Shown here: positions 1 through 10,934 of the stretch, piece by piece
How positions within the stretch are numbered: position 1 is the stretch's first letter
Layout: every line of letters begins with the position of its first letter
DNA from: Diplonema japonicum
Lineage: Eukaryota > Protista > Euglenozoa: Diplonemea
Length of the DNA: 64,000 nt
Reading direction: 5' to 3'
NCBI GenBank assembly: GCA_964019335.1
Contig: OZ025764.1
Span: 21,862 to 85,861 of the forward strand
Position numbers and translations under genes: made by a program
The notes under the pieces: generated by a model
Database searches by the model: none
What the model saw: only the letters and a program-made list of their open reading frames with translations
What the model was told of the DNA's origin: nothing

Positions 1-3000
1 ATTTTTCAGGTCGTCGGCGGAGTCGGGCATCGCGTAGAGCGCTTCACGCGTGTCCTCCTGCAGCAGGGACATCCTCACATCTGTGAAGAACACAACTCCC
101 TTCTCTCTGTACTTGACTTCCACCCCAGAGCGCATGGGGGCCAGGGTGTACGCATTGAGAAGATCCTTGTCCGCGGCCACTTCCGCGATCTTCGCCGCCA
201 CCCACCCGAACACTTCGTTCTTCTCCCCACCCTCATCTAGCTTCTCCACATCCTGCACGGTCATTGTGAAGTCGCTAGCGCTTCTCGCCTCGTACCACCC
301 GTCGGTCACTTCACCTTCTTGCTTTTCGAGGGCGCTCAGCTGGGCGACAACCTCAGAAAACCTCCCTGTAGAGGGTATCTGCGCCAGGTTCCCCCTGAAG
401 GCTGCTACGCCCTTCGCAACCACGTCGGGGACCCCATCGGCTGCCTCCTCCCGTATGAGTGCAACGATTGTTTTCAGCATGGCGGTGAGGATCTGAGAGG
501 AGGTGTTCTTCACCAACACGAAAAGGGTTCTTTCCATATCGTCAAGGTGCACAGCGTTGCCAGCGTTGCTGGCGTTGTTTTCCACACTTATCGCCGCCCC
601 TTGGACCTCGTACTTCACGGTTAACGAACCGACAAGCTTGCACCTCAGGTTTTTGTCTTCGAAGGCTCTGGCTTGGCTGAGCTTCTCGAAGGCGGCGGCT
701 TCCATGTGTTCCTTGCACAGCATGTACGCCTTCTGGCACATTACCCTCCATGCGTAGGTGTAGTAAACGTAAGCTGAAGGTGAGAAAGGCACCTCTTCAG
801 CACGTGTCTTCTTCTTCACGACGGTAGAAAGCCCACGCATCCCGCACCTCTCCATGAACTTCTCGGTCAGGTGGATTCTCTCCGACAGCACGTGATGCCC
901 GTCGGGAAGCCTATCGGTGCTGATGTGCATGTCGTCGTAGAGGAGCGTCCCCCCGCCCGAGCTGGCGAACTCGAGATCTTGCGTCCACCAGATTTTGCTT
1001 GTCTTGAGGGCCTGCCATCCCTCTTCAGTGATTTCATCTTGCAAGTTGTCAAAGTCCTGCAGTAGCTTCAGCACGTCGTCTGGGCTGACGGGGATGTTGT
1101 TCCGCGCGATGCTCTCGAGACCCTCCACCTGCACTTCCCATGGAGCGTACTCCGTCACCCCTATCTCGCCCAACTGGTGCCCGCACCTCATGTACACGAA
1201 CCCAACGTACCTGTATTTTGTCTTCGCGCGGTCAAGGAATCCTCCCTGCCCTGCCTTCACGTAACATGTCTCAGGCGGGTACCACGCTCCCTTCAGGTCC
1301 TCCGAGTCCATCCCCTGGTACGGCTTCCTCTCCAGAGGCATCCAGATGTACTTCACCCTCCCCCCAAGGTGCTCCACGATGCCCCTCATCTGCTTGATGC
1401 ATGCCGTGAACTCTTGCTGCTCGTACCACGACTCCAGGTGCTCCACCAGCGCGTCGTCGCTCACAGCGTCCTTCACCCCGAGCTGTAGCAGCAGCGATTC
1501 GAACACCTGCGTCCGTCTGATGTCTGTCGTCGGTATGGCGGATGTGTAGTAGTTGGCGTGGTTCCCCAAGAAGCCAATTGTGCTTGCGTTGCACTGGTAC
1601 GTTGTACGCGGTGTGTGGGGGTTGCCGTCTGTTGCGAGAACCCACTTGGTGCGCGTCAGCATCAGCGCCAGGGAGGTGGGGACACGATCCGTGTGTTCCC
1701 TCCTGTCTTTCTCAGATGCAACCTTGCCGTCGAAACCCTTCAACTTCGACCAGTCGGTTATGTAGCTCAAGGGGGTGGTGAGCTGTGACTTCCATTCCGT
1801 CTCGCCTGAGCACAACATCTGCGCCAAGGTCAACCAGCGCTCCTGGAGGACCTTCTTGTTCTTAATGTCGGCGAAGCCTTGTACCACGCGCTCGACCCCT
1901 GGCCAAGTGCAGTCCTTTTTCAACCTGTACTTCCCATCTGCCGAGTCGGGCAACTCGACACCTAGTTCTCGTGCGTGCTGTGCCCATTCGCTGTCTGCAT
2001 CCACCGACACATCTGTGCTGTAGTACGCTCCCACAATGCTTTCCCTCACCCCCATGACCCCGAGGGTGTTCAGCAGCTTCGACTTGTCGCGCACTGTGGC
2101 GCTGTAGAGCCCGTGTACATGCAACCATTGCAAGCCAAACGTTTTCGCGGGGTTTATCATTGCCTTCTCATGAAGAACAAGCTGATCAACCGCACTCACC
2201 AAAAGGAACGCCTCTTGTGTCTGCGGGTCTCGAAGTTCCCTGCACCCTTCATTGAGAGGCGACGGTACATTTGCAGAACACACGACGGGCATCGACGCCA
2301 GCAGGGAACGGACGTCCTCGTCCGACTCAGTTTTACGCCCGAATCTGTCCGAGATCCACGTCACTGCAGATATGACGTGCATCGGAAGGAGCATCTCGTT
2401 CTCTTCCCACTTGTTAGCGATGTCGGTTGAGATGCATTTTAGCACCTGCTCATCCTGCGTCGGCTTCACCCCAAGCTTTCCAAGCATTGCCCTCAAGCCC
2501 ACCGCATCCTTGCACCCGTCGACGAATGCCTTGTCTACAACGTGTAGCATCTCCATGAAGGCTGCCGGCTGCGACACAGGAAGAAGGATCTTGTGTATCC
2601 CGGGTGCCAGCATCTTCCCCCCTGTCACAGGCACCATCGCCACCTTCCCAACGCGCTCCAGCAGACCTTGTTCCTGGCTCGACCCGGCGATGGAACGCAG
2701 AAGTGACCTCAGGCACAACAGGTACTTCCCCACCCACTTAGAACTCAAGAACCGCAGCCCTGCTTCTTCTTCTTCTTCTTCGGCAGAAAAGGCGGTCGTC
2801 TCGTTGGTGAAGAGCTTCTCCAGCAGGGACACCAGCAACGAGGCGTCTACCTCTTTCACCCCGAGCAGTGCGGATGTGGGTCTGTACGTGTTGCTGCTCT
2901 GGGCATCCCCGACGTAGTGCAGGCCCTTGGCACGGAAAAGTGCCTCCGCTTCGAATAGCTCAAGGATCTCTTCCTCCATGCCTTCGGGGAGCAGGACACA

Positions 3001-6000
3001 CCTTTTCGGCTCAGCCCACTCGCCAGTTCGCGTCAGCATGATGTCTTTGTTGCGGAGTTCCTTGCACAGCTGGTTTGACAGCGGGCGGAACCAGTCTCCT
3101 CGAAGCAGCTCCCTGTCTGGGAGGACGGCAAGGAGGTATTCGGAGGGAAGCTCGCCACGTGTCGCCATGTCCCGCACACCCTGCATCGCCGACAAGATGA
3201 CTCCGAGAGCGGCCTCGCGAAGCCAGTTGTTCCACTGGTCCGACTCGACGATCCTGTCACGCGCCGCGTTTACCGTCCAGTCGGCCTGCAGGACAAACTT
3301 GAAGACACGTGCGTTCGTGGGGAGGAAGGCCGTCACCGGGAAAACCTGTATGTCGCAAGCAGCCTCGGGCTTCAAGAAGGCGACCTGAATGCAGGTATCT
3401 TGCGATCCACCTGGCGACTTCACCCCCTCAGGCACTGCCACGTTCTTCTTGTGCACCACGAATACCTTGTCTCTCCCTTGCCCCTCGTCGCCGACCGTCT
3501 CGAGTAGCCTCACAACCTTAGTGCTCGACGTGTTGCCTTCGTCGTCGTCGTCGGTGTCTCTGCCTTCCTCAGCAGCAGCTTCGTCCAGGCGTGACAGCGT
3601 CCTCGATACCCCACGGATCTCGTTCAAAACCTCGACCCTCCGCAGCTTGTTCAAGAATAGGAGGACGATGAGTTGCACGTCGTTCGCGCCTGTCGTGCAC
3701 TCCTCGTAGAAGCCCTGGTTCTGAAGGGACTCCTTGAATGGCAGGTGCAGCTGCGTCACCCATTCGCCTTCGCAAAGCTTCTGCGTATCTGGCTTGGGCT
3801 TTATGAGGCTGCCGTTCGAGGGGTCACGCCAACTCCCTTCCTGAGGGAGGATCAGACCGAGGTCGCAGCTCGTCCTGTCGAAGTAAAAGTTGTACCCGTT
3901 GGAAATGATGTGCGGCTCGTCGGACACGCTGAAGACTGCCTTGAAGCCGATCCCCTTGCGGCCGATAGACGCGCTTTTACCGGCTTTCGTGCTGAGGTTC
4001 ACGTTGCAAACTGCACGTACGTTGTTCTCGACAAACCCGCACTCGTTGTTCAGCACTTCAATTCCGTCGGGCCTCAGGGTCAGCCTCAGCGAGGGGACCG
4101 TGTCTGGGAAGTAGGTGTTGTCGTCTGCGTTCTGAATCAGCTCGAAGAAGAAGTGGAACTTCGATTCGTACAGCTGCTCAGAGATCACTGTTAGTGTCCT
4201 TTGCAGAATCTTCGTTACGTTGCTGTCCTCCCCCTCGCATAGGCCTGCACGGATGTTCGCGATCACTTCTTCCTCGCTGCTCATCTGGACATTCCCCGCT
4301 CCTTCCTTCCCCTTCTCCTGTGCTGCGGTATCGTTAGGTTTTCCCCTCGCCACCGTGGTCTTCTCGGCGACGGCCTCCGGTACAGGTTTTGCAACCTCGA
4401 CCACCTCCCGCACGATGGCCGTCTTCTGAAACACTGGGTATTCGGTCACGGCTCTCCTCCCTGCCTCTACCCACGACTTCAAGTTAAGCTTCACCGCCCT
4501 TTTCAAGAGCTCGCTGCGCATCGGGTGAGACGCAGCGTGCCCCGCACACCTTTCGTCCCATTTCGGGTCTATCTTCTCCAGCACGGACACCACGGCTGTT
4601 TCGAACACTACCTTGACCACACCTGTTGGGATGGCTAGCAGCAGCTCCGCCACTGCCTTCGGGAGGTTGTAGGCCGACGCCGCAGCCTGAAGCGCTTCCC
4701 TGATGGGGTCCCAGAGGCTCTCCATGTTGCTGCGGTCGTCACTCTCTATGGCGCTCAGGCCTTCCAACACGATGTAGCTCCACAGCTGCACACCAAGCCC
4801 CCAGTAGTCCCTCTTCGTGCAGGCTGACTCGATCGACGAAAAGTCCCCACCTCGTGCCACGGCGTAGAACTTCGTTTTCTTCGGGAACCCTTCTGTGCAC
4901 TCCAGGATCTTCACACCCTTCTCGGCGAGCCTCTCGCTGTTCTTCCCGATGAACTCCTCGAGGGGTCCGTGCTGTTCGGCGTACAACTCGTCCCACAGCA
5001 TCACCGACCTCAAGTCCTCACCGCTGGGGTCTTCAGCAGCCTCCAGCAGCAGCTCCAGCGGCTCCTCTTCAAAGACGCTGGCCATGGCCTGTGCCTCGGC
5101 GGCTGCATCTGTTGCAACCCAGCCGCTGCCGTCCTCACCAGCGACATCAAGCTCGCAATGCCCCGGGTAGTGCAGCACCTTGACCAGTGTGCGGGTCTGA
5201 TCAACGCCTTTAAGAACGCACTCCTTGTTCCCAAGATGGAGGTCTTCGATTTTCCGCACACCGTAGTGTTCTTGAAGAAGACGCTCCGCCACCTCGCTGC
5301 TGTCGGTGACTGCCTCTGTCTTGGTGATAAACGTAGCGGCGAGCGCCATGTCAACCACCGGTGGTGCTGTGTCGCTGCTGTGCAGGAACTCGTAGCCATT
5401 CTCGGTGAACACCCTCGAGTTCAATTTCATGAAGTGCGTGAATGGGTAGTTGCATATGTCGCTCCACCTTTCGTGTCCAAGCCCCTTCGGGGTCTCCACT
5501 TCCAAGTTGTTGAGGATTGTCCACGTCCTGTGGAAGAGGGATCGCGCCGAGAGCAACTTCAGCATCTGGTCTACAATATCCTTCGGGCTGGGCTTTGTGT
5601 CGGTTGATAGTTCGTTGTTGGAGCTTGAAAAAGCAAGCCCTGCTTCCTCCAGCTCCACGGTGTTATGCACGAAAAACTCAAGGAAGCTCCCGTGGCCCAG
5701 GCTGTCGAACGACTGGACATCGAAAACAGCGCGTGAATCTTCTTCGAGGGAGTGCAGGATCTCCTGAGCCTTTCTTCCCTGCACTTTGCTGTTGATACAG
5801 TCCTTCACGGCGTTGAGCAGTTCGTCTTCCGCGACGGTCCCCGTTTCAAGCTGCGCGGTGACCTTATGTGTGCCGGTACGCTCACGCAGAGTCTTCGTGC
5901 AAGCCGCGCAACTGTCCATGGAGGTCTTGCACACGGGGCATTCTTTGTAGACCTCGATGAACTTCATAAGAGAGATGATGAGCGCGTCTGTGAGGGGGAC

Positions 6001-6933
6001 TTCCCGCTTTCGTTTCAAAACATCGAGGTAGCACACCATCCTGCGGTGGATGATGCTCGCTCCCTCACCGGTGCTGACCCACATTGTGAGCTTGTGGAGG
6101 AGGCCGTCGTAGATATCTTGCCCCTGCCGCATGGTACGCTTTACCTCAGCATCGAATTGATCGATGTCCTCCTGTGTAACGCCCATCTGCCTGGCACGGA
6201 GCTCGTGGTGCTTCCTGCTGAGATACTGAGCTTGCGCTTGTTTTACTTCAGCGTCATACTGGCGAACGCCAGGCCCAACCAAGCTGATCATGCGTCCCAT
6301 GTTTACATCTTTAACGTAAACACACAGCTCCTTGATGGTTGCACCCCGTTTTCTTTCGAGGAGGTCGGTGATCATCTGCGGGGTTAGCCTCCCCAAGCCT
6401 CGCGTACGGTCACGAATGATGCTCACGAAAACCTCAAAGATCTCGTAAAATGTCACGCGAGGCGGCATCTTGGAGTCGGGGATGTCAGCCATCCCAGGAA
6501 AGTGTTTTTGAAGCTCCGGATGCAGTCGGTAAGGCCCCAAGCCGATATCCTCAAACCGTGTGATGGGTCCGGAGGTGAGCTTGAGGTCCGCGGCCTGCCT
6601 TGTTACGTACTCGAGACACTCATGAAGCGATCCGAAGGAGAAATGGGACCGGTACGTGTTAATCAACAGCATGACGGAAGACTGCAGTCTAGCCAATTCA
6701 TCCAAAGGAGCTATCTGCCACGGGCCGCGGCAGCCCAGTTCTGTTAGTTCTGATACTTTGAAATGGCTTATGAGCAACGCAGTAATGGACCCTACGTTCA
6801 GGCTGAGTACCCCTTTCTCCCTCTCCTCCTTTATGATCTCGGCGCAGGCTTGCTCAACGACGTGTTTGGTAAACCTGTGGCGTGGTGGTTCGTTCCCACC
6901 TTTCTTTCCTTTGCCGTACCCGCTGGACCTCAT
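1..6933 (-). CDS. NO VEIN-like / sacsin-like GHKL (HATPase) protein, 3'-partial (>=2311 aa)
   Basis: Hand translation from ATG 6933 (MRSSGYGKGKKGG...); the same frame is confirmed at 4141 and at 1-60, and the ORF runs off the window. NOV-type motifs FEDIGLGPYRLHPEL, FDSLGHGSFLEF and DLRSVMLWDELY. GHKL motifs at about 4170-3880: HFFFELIQNADDN, NNECGF, STK, IGRKGIGFKAVF. Further motifs LLFLNKLR and FLP...FVLQADW...WN. Confidence 0.85.
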   Translation of the reverse strand, partial: MRSSGYGKGKKGGNEPPRHRFTKHVVEQACAEIIKEEREKGVLSLNVGSITALLISHFKVSELTELGCRGPWQIAPLDELARLQSSVMLLINTYRSHFSFGSLHECLEYVTRQAADLKLTSGPITRFEDIGLGPYRLHPELQKHFPGMADIPDSKMPPRVTFYEIFEVFVSIIRDRTRGLGRLTPQMITDLLERKRGATIKELCVYVKDVNMGRMISLVGPGVRQYDAEVKQAQAQYLSRKHHELRARQMGVTQEDIDQFDAEVKRTMRQGQDIYDGLLHKLTMWVSTGEGASIIHRRMVCYLDVLKRKREVPLTDALIISLMKFIEVYKECPVCKTSMDSCAACTKTLRERTGTHKVTAQLETGTVAEDELLNAVKDCINSKVQGRKAQEILHSLEEDSRAVFDVQSFDSLGHGSFLEFFVHNTVELEEAGLAFSSSNNELSTDTKPSPKDIVDQMLKLLSARSLFHRTWTILNNLEVETPKGLGHERWSDICNYPFTHFMKLNSRVFTENGYEFLHSSDTAPPVVDMALAATFITKTEAVTDSSEVAERLLQEHYGVRKIEDLHLGNKECVLKGVDQTRTLVKVLHYPGHCELDVAGEDGSGWVATDAAAEAQAMASVFEEEPLELLLEAAEDPSGEDLRSVMLWDELYAEQHGPLEEFIGKNSERLAEKGVKILECTEGFPKKTKFYAVARGGDFSSIESACTKRDYWGLGVQLWSYIVLEGLSAIESDDRSNMESLWDPIREALQAAASAYNLPKAVAELLLAIPTGVVKVVFETAVVSVLEKIDPKWDERCAGHAASHPMRSELLKRAVKLNLKSWVEAGRRAVTEYPVFQKTAIVREVVEVAKPVPEAVAEKTTVARGKPNDTAAQEKGKEGAGNVQMSSEEEVIANIRAGLCEGEDSNVTKILQRTLTVISEQLYESKFHFFFELIQNADDNTYFPDTVPSLRLTLRPDGIEVLNNECGFVENNVRAVCNVNLSTKAGKSASIGRKGIGFKAVFSVSDEPHIISNGYNFYFDRTSCDLGLILPQEGSWRDPSNGSLIKPKPDTQKLCEGEWVTQLHLPFKESLQNQGFYEECTTGANDVQLIVLLFLNKLRRVEVLNEIRGVSRTLSRLDEAAAEEGRDTDDDDEGNTSSTKVVRLLETVGDEGQGRDKVFVVHKKNVAVPEGVKSPGGSQDTCIQVAFLKPEAACDIQVFPVTAFLPTNARVFKFVLQADWTVNAARDRIVESDQWNNWLREAALGVILSAMQGVRDMATRGELPSEYLLAVLPDRELLRGDWFRPLSNQLCKELRNKDIMLTRTGEWAEPKRCVLLPEGMEEEILELFEAEALFRAKGLHYVGDAQSSNTYRPTSALLGVKEVDASLLVSLLEKLFTNETTAFSAEEEEEEAGLRFLSSKWVGKYLLCLRSLLRSIAGSSQEQGLLERVGKVAMVPVTGGKMLAPGIHKILLPVSQPAAFMEMLHVVDKAFVDGCKDAVGLRAMLGKLGVKPTQDEQVLKCISTDIANKWEENEMLLPMHVISAVTWISDRFGRKTESDEDVRSLLASMPVVCSANVPSPLNEGCRELRDPQTQEAFLLVSAVDQLVLHEKAMINPAKTFGLQWLHVHGLYSATVRDKSKLLNTLGVMGVRESIVGAYYSTDVSVDADSEWAQHARELGVELPDSADGKYRLKKDCTWPGVERVVQGFADIKNKKVLQERWLTLAQMLCSGETEWKSQLTTPLSYITDWSKLKGFDGKVASEKDRREHTDRVPTSLALMLTRTKWVLATDGNPHTPRTTYQCNASTIGFLGNHANYYTSAIPTTDIRRTQVFESLLLQLGVKDAVSDDALVEHLESWYEQQEFTACIKQMRGIVEHLGGRVKYIWMPLERKPYQGMDSEDLKGAWYPPETCYVKAGQGGFLDRAKTKYRYVGFVYMRCGHQLGEIGVTEYAPWEVQVEGLESIARNNIPVSPDDVLKLLQDFDNLQDEITEEGWQALKTSKIWWTQDLEFASSGGGTLLYDDMHISTDRLPDGHHVLSERIHLTEKFMERCGMRGLSTVVKKKTRAEEVPFSPSAYVYYTYAWRVMCQKAYMLCKEHMEAAAFEKLSQARAFEDKNLRCKLVGSLTVKYEVQGAAISVENNASNAGNAVHLDDMERTLFVLVKNTSSQILTAMLKTIVALIREEAADGVPDVVAKGVAAFRGNLAQIPSTGRFSEVVAQLSALEKQEGEVTDGWYEARSASDFTMTVQDVEKLDEGGEKNEVFGWVAAKIAEVAADKDLLNAYTLAPMRSGVEVKYREKGVVFFTDVRMSLLQEDTREALYAMPDSADDLKN

Positions 6934-7941
6934 CGAGATTTTTTTTTCCTTTTTTTCTTCCTTTTTTTTTTTTTTTTTTTTTTTTTTTGTCCTGTGTTTA
7001 ATATGAAAAGAGTAAAGAAAAAAAAATTTAAGAAATAAAAAAACTTAAGAAATAAAAAAAAAACCCCCCCCGCAGCTACTTTCTTTTGGAATGGTGAATA
7101 AAAAAAAAAGTAACTATTCAGAAAAATAGAGGGTCAAACGAAGAAATAAAGAGAGAGAGAGAAAGGGAGAGGTTTGCTTTTTTTCTTCTTTTTTTTCTCT
7201 TCTTATTTTTCTTTTTTCTTTCAAAGACAAGAAGAGAAAAAAAAAATGGTTCAGTGATATAGTTATTCAAACTGAAAGGTGAGTAGGAAAAAAAAGACCT
7301 GGAAGAAACCATTCTTTTCGCCTACTCAAAAAAAAAAGGAGAATATATATATATAAGATGTACTTCTTTGTTCTATGCTATCCTGCACCAAAAAGAAATA
7401 AGAAGTGTCGCAGCAAGAAAAACCAAATAAAGAACACACAGACGCAGCGGCCAGAGGGCGGAAACACTACCAAAAAACGTGAATATTAAAAGAAGGATTA
7501 AAATCAGTCGATCTTTTCCTGTAGTAAAGCCTGTGGAGAGGACTATCGAAGAAGAAGAAAAAAAAAAAAGAGAGGGAAAGGGAGAGAAAACCGGTCAACA
7601 ACCTGTACGAACTACCACACTCTTTTTGGGTTTTTCTTCCCTCTTTTTTTTTTTCTTTTTTTTTTTTTTCTCGTTTTTTTCGAATCGCTTTCTTTCAAAA
7701 AAAAAAAATAAAATAAAAAAGAAAGTTCGTTAGCTAGATAGTTTGGGAGGTGCCATTACTTTAAAAAAAAGAAAGGAAAATAGGGCAAACTTCTCCAGCA
7801 TAAGAAGTAATAAACCTATCCCCACAAAGTACAGAGATTCTTCCGAGGTGTGAGAGCCACGTAAAGCATTCCCTTGAAGGGACGGGTGCTGATAAGCCTT
7901 CTTTAAAGAAATACGGCTTTCCTCCTCTTTCTTTTTCTTCT

Positions 7942-7976
<35 letters not shown>

Positions 7977-8036
7977 AATCGCGATCATGAGAAAAAAAAA
8001 AAAAAAAAAAATAAGGTTGTGTAAATGTTAATTCGT

Positions 8037-10934
8037 TTACAACACCCACTCGGTGCAGCCACCACCGGAAAGGTGCCTTACAGAGGGTTCATAAACCTTG
8101 CCCCAAATCCTGAGCGTCTTCACAACAAGACTGCCTGTAGTAACGCAGAGAGTCATGGCGTCCCCACTTCGCCTCAAGCTCCCCACAAGCGAAGGGAGAA
8201 ACACAGGAAGCGAGAAATCGCCTTCCTTGTCTGCGGGGGAGAAGGCCACCACACCAGCGTGCCTGTCGATGTCCTGCCCCGACATCCTCAGCATGGTGTG
8301 CCACACGGTCATGTAGTACCCATAGTGCGACGTGATATAGTTAGAACCAGGGAAGGATGTGTAGTTCCCTCTCATGATACCGCACGCGTTCCACAGGTCG
8401 TTGATGCCCTGTGTGAATCGCAAGTAAGGCCGTGACACCACTTCCAAAGCATCGTCAACTGTTCCATGGCCGATGGCAAGACGAAGGGAACCGTGGTCCG
8501 CAGGCGACATCAGCCACACATCGTCCTCTGCTAGGGTCTTTCCGACGGTTCTGTTCGCGAGGATCTTCAGCCCGAAGGGATCATAGTTCATCTTCCCCTC
8601 TGTGTCTAAATGGCGGCCTAGTCTTGTCGTGTTTACAAGATCGCCTAGACCAATGCTGTGTGCGAGGACCTGGGCGTAGAAGCTGTCCGACATGACAGCC
8701 TTGCCCCCTGTGTAGGCTATGTATGCGCCAAGGTCGTTGTCCCACATGATGTTTTCGAGGCTTTCAGTGGCAGCGTCGGCTGCAGTGCTGTACCTCGCGC
8801 CGTCGTTGTCGTCCATGAACTCCGCCAGCTTCGCCATCGCGCGCATGGCCGCAATGTGGAACACTGTTGAGTACGTCGCCGCGTCGTAGTTATTCAGCTC
8901 CAATATGTCGTACGTGGTCTGCAGCTTGTACGGCATCGCGTGGAAGGTCGACACTGTGATTTGCCAATCAGCCGCTTTCTTCGCAATGGGGTACCACTCC
9001 CTTACAAAGTTGACGTCGTCGTTCCACCTCAGCAGCTCCAGCAGGTAGATGATGTACATGGTGCTCACGTCCGACATTTCACGGCCGCAGCCGTGTTCGA
9101 ATCCGGAGTCTAAACCATAGAAGCAAGCGCATGCTAGCTGTTCTTGGATCATCCCGTTTGCTTGCTGTGCTGTTCCCCATGCAACGAGCTTTGACTTCGT
9201 CGATTCTGGGAACAGCATGATGTACGGGATGTGCCTCTCCCCGTCGTTGTGCACGCTGTCGATGTTCACGCAGTCGAAGGCCTCCCACTGCCGCCACCTC
9301 CCGTCGTGGAACCACATTGCAGACCGAACGTGGTGTAGAGTCCCGATCAGCGTGTCGCGCATCCACACCGGAAGCGTCGATTTCAGCACGGGGTCTTGGA
9401 TCGCAGCGATGTCGTGCAGGGTGGGTACCAGGTCGCCGATCAGCATTGTCGCCGCATTGTTGGAGTCGGAAACGTACTTCGTGTACTGGTTCCCCAGCAT
9501 CTGTGAGAGGTAGTTGTGGTTCGGGAAGTAGTACCCCAGCACGATCGTCACCACCGCCGTCTCCCCAGCAGGGACGTCTGTGCTCACGGACACCGCCCCG
9601 TGTCCGCCATCCGTGTTCACGGTCCCGGCAAGCTTCCCCTCTGCCTCGAACTGTCCCCACAGGTTTTGGAAATCCCCCGTCCCCACCGTTACCTCCCCGC
9701 CCGTGGCCTGCAACGTGTAGTTCCCTGCGGTGGGCCCGGCTACATTCTTGTTGATGGTGATCCCGTTCGGACCTGCGCGGCTCCACCCGCCTCTCGACCC
9801 CGAGGCCGTCCCATCTTCGAACCCGTAGAGAGGCGCGTCTGACTGCATCGTGCACCCCATAGTGTTGTTGTGGTTCCACGTCATGCACTTCGGGTCGTGG
9901 TTGCACAGCTGACGGCACACCTCTGCTGAGGCCGCTTGGGTTGTGTTGTACACGCTACCGTGGCGCTGGGTGTTCTCGTGAAAGGCGGGAAGGTTGAAGA
10001 AGGCGGCCACGCTCTGCGTGACAGCGGCATTGTTCTTGAACACCATGCTGAAGGCGATGGCTGGGTGGTGACTGCGTGTCATGTTCCCGGACGCCATTCT
10101 GCTGTAGCCAAACAACGAGATGTTGACGGAAGGAGCATTTGCCTGGAGGCGCGTCACAGGGGGCGACCCCCCAAAGGTCAGCGAGTCCACCCCAGGCGTG
10201 AACGACTCGCTCGGATGCGTCTGCAGAATCCTCGTCCATGTGCTGCCCTGCTGCCTCACAGAGGCACCGAATGCAGCCTTTCTTTGTTTGGAAAGCTTCG
10301 CAGAGCCCGCAGGTGAGTTGTTCTCTGTGGTCCAAGCTGTGAGAGTCCCGTCTCCGCGCAGCTCAACGGTTCCTGCTGCAACCCCTCCCAAAGGAGGTGC
10401 TGATCTGATGCCGACAGGCGGCGCTGCGGAGTCCGGGACGGGAGGTCGGGACACCGTGCCCCAAGAGAGAGCCGGGTTCGCCTTTTTAGTTATAACCTGG
10501 TTTTTTAGGTAGCAGCAAGCTGAGCCTTCCGTGCAGGGTCCAAGATTAGAAGCTGCCTTCAGGGCAAACACCCAGGCAGCACACGCTGTGTCCGCACAGC
10601 AACTCTGCACGCACTGTTCCACAGTGCCCCCCGCAACCTGCCCACAGTCATTCTTACCCGGGAGGTCGTACCCGCTCTGCACACGGCCTGCTGTGCACTC
10701 CATCTCCACAGGGCTTTTGTACACTTGCGGTGTGGAGCCAACACTGGCCCATGCATAGTCCGTTTTCGTGATATTCTCAGGCTCCAGGTAGTGAGACGGC
10801 TGTTCTAACACCGTAATGGTATCCTCGCTTGTCCATACACCTTTATTCAGGAAGGTGAGGCTGCCCAGGGCATCGGAGAGGTTGGACGCATCACAAGCGC
10901 TTGCTGCGAGCAGTGCTAAGTACACAGCTTTCAT
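8037..10934 (-). CDS. Secreted GH116 (GBA2/DUF608-like) beta-glycosidase with two PAN/apple-like modules
   Basis: Signal peptide MKAVYLALLAASACDA (likely start 10934). GH116 N-terminal motif PLGGVAAGTVELRGDG; C-terminal helical catalytic region (WRQWEAFDC, QTTYDI, HYGYYM). Two C-x3-C-x5-C-x2-W PAN motifs. Confidence 0.8.
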   Translation of the reverse strand: MKAVYLALLAASACDASNLSDALGSLTFLNKGVWTSEDTITVLEQPSHYLEPENITKTDYAWASVGSTPQVYKSPVEMECTAGRVQSGYDLPGKNDCGQVAGGTVEQCVQSCCADTACAAWVFALKAASNLGPCTEGSACCYLKNQVITKKANPALSWGTVSRPPVPDSAAPPVGIRSAPPLGGVAAGTVELRGDGTLTAWTTENNSPAGSAKLSKQRKAAFGASVRQQGSTWTRILQTHPSESFTPGVDSLTFGGSPPVTRLQANAPSVNISLFGYSRMASGNMTRSHHPAIAFSMVFKNNAAVTQSVAAFFNLPAFHENTQRHGSVYNTTQAASAEVCRQLCNHDPKCMTWNHNNTMGCTMQSDAPLYGFEDGTASGSRGGWSRAGPNGITINKNVAGPTAGNYTLQATGGEVTVGTGDFQNLWGQFEAEGKLAGTVNTDGGHGAVSVSTDVPAGETAVVTIVLGYYFPNHNYLSQMLGNQYTKYVSDSNNAATMLIGDLVPTLHDIAAIQDPVLKSTLPVWMRDTLIGTLHHVRSAMWFHDGRWRQWEAFDCVNIDSVHNDGERHIPYIMLFPESTKSKLVAWGTAQQANGMIQEQLACACFYGLDSGFEHGCGREMSDVSTMYIIYLLELLRWNDDVNFVREWYPIAKKAADWQITVSTFHAMPYKLQTTYDILELNNYDAATYSTVFHIAAMRAMAKLAEFMDDNDGARYSTAADAATESLENIMWDNDLGAYIAYTGGKAVMSDSFYAQVLAHSIGLGDLVNTTRLGRHLDTEGKMNYDPFGLKILANRTVGKTLAEDDVWLMSPADHGSLRLAIGHGTVDDALEVVSRPYLRFTQGINDLWNACGIMRGNYTSFPGSNYITSHYGYYMTVWHTMLRMSGQDIDRHAGVVAFSPADKEGDFSLPVFLPSLVGSLRRSGDAMTLCVTTGSLVVKTLRIWGKVYEPSVRHLSGGGCTEWVL

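Noticed and set aside
50-7006. Numerous plus-strand and short minus-strand ORFs over the first 7 kb
   Set aside because: They are shadows of the long minus-strand NOV-like frame and carry no motifs of their own.
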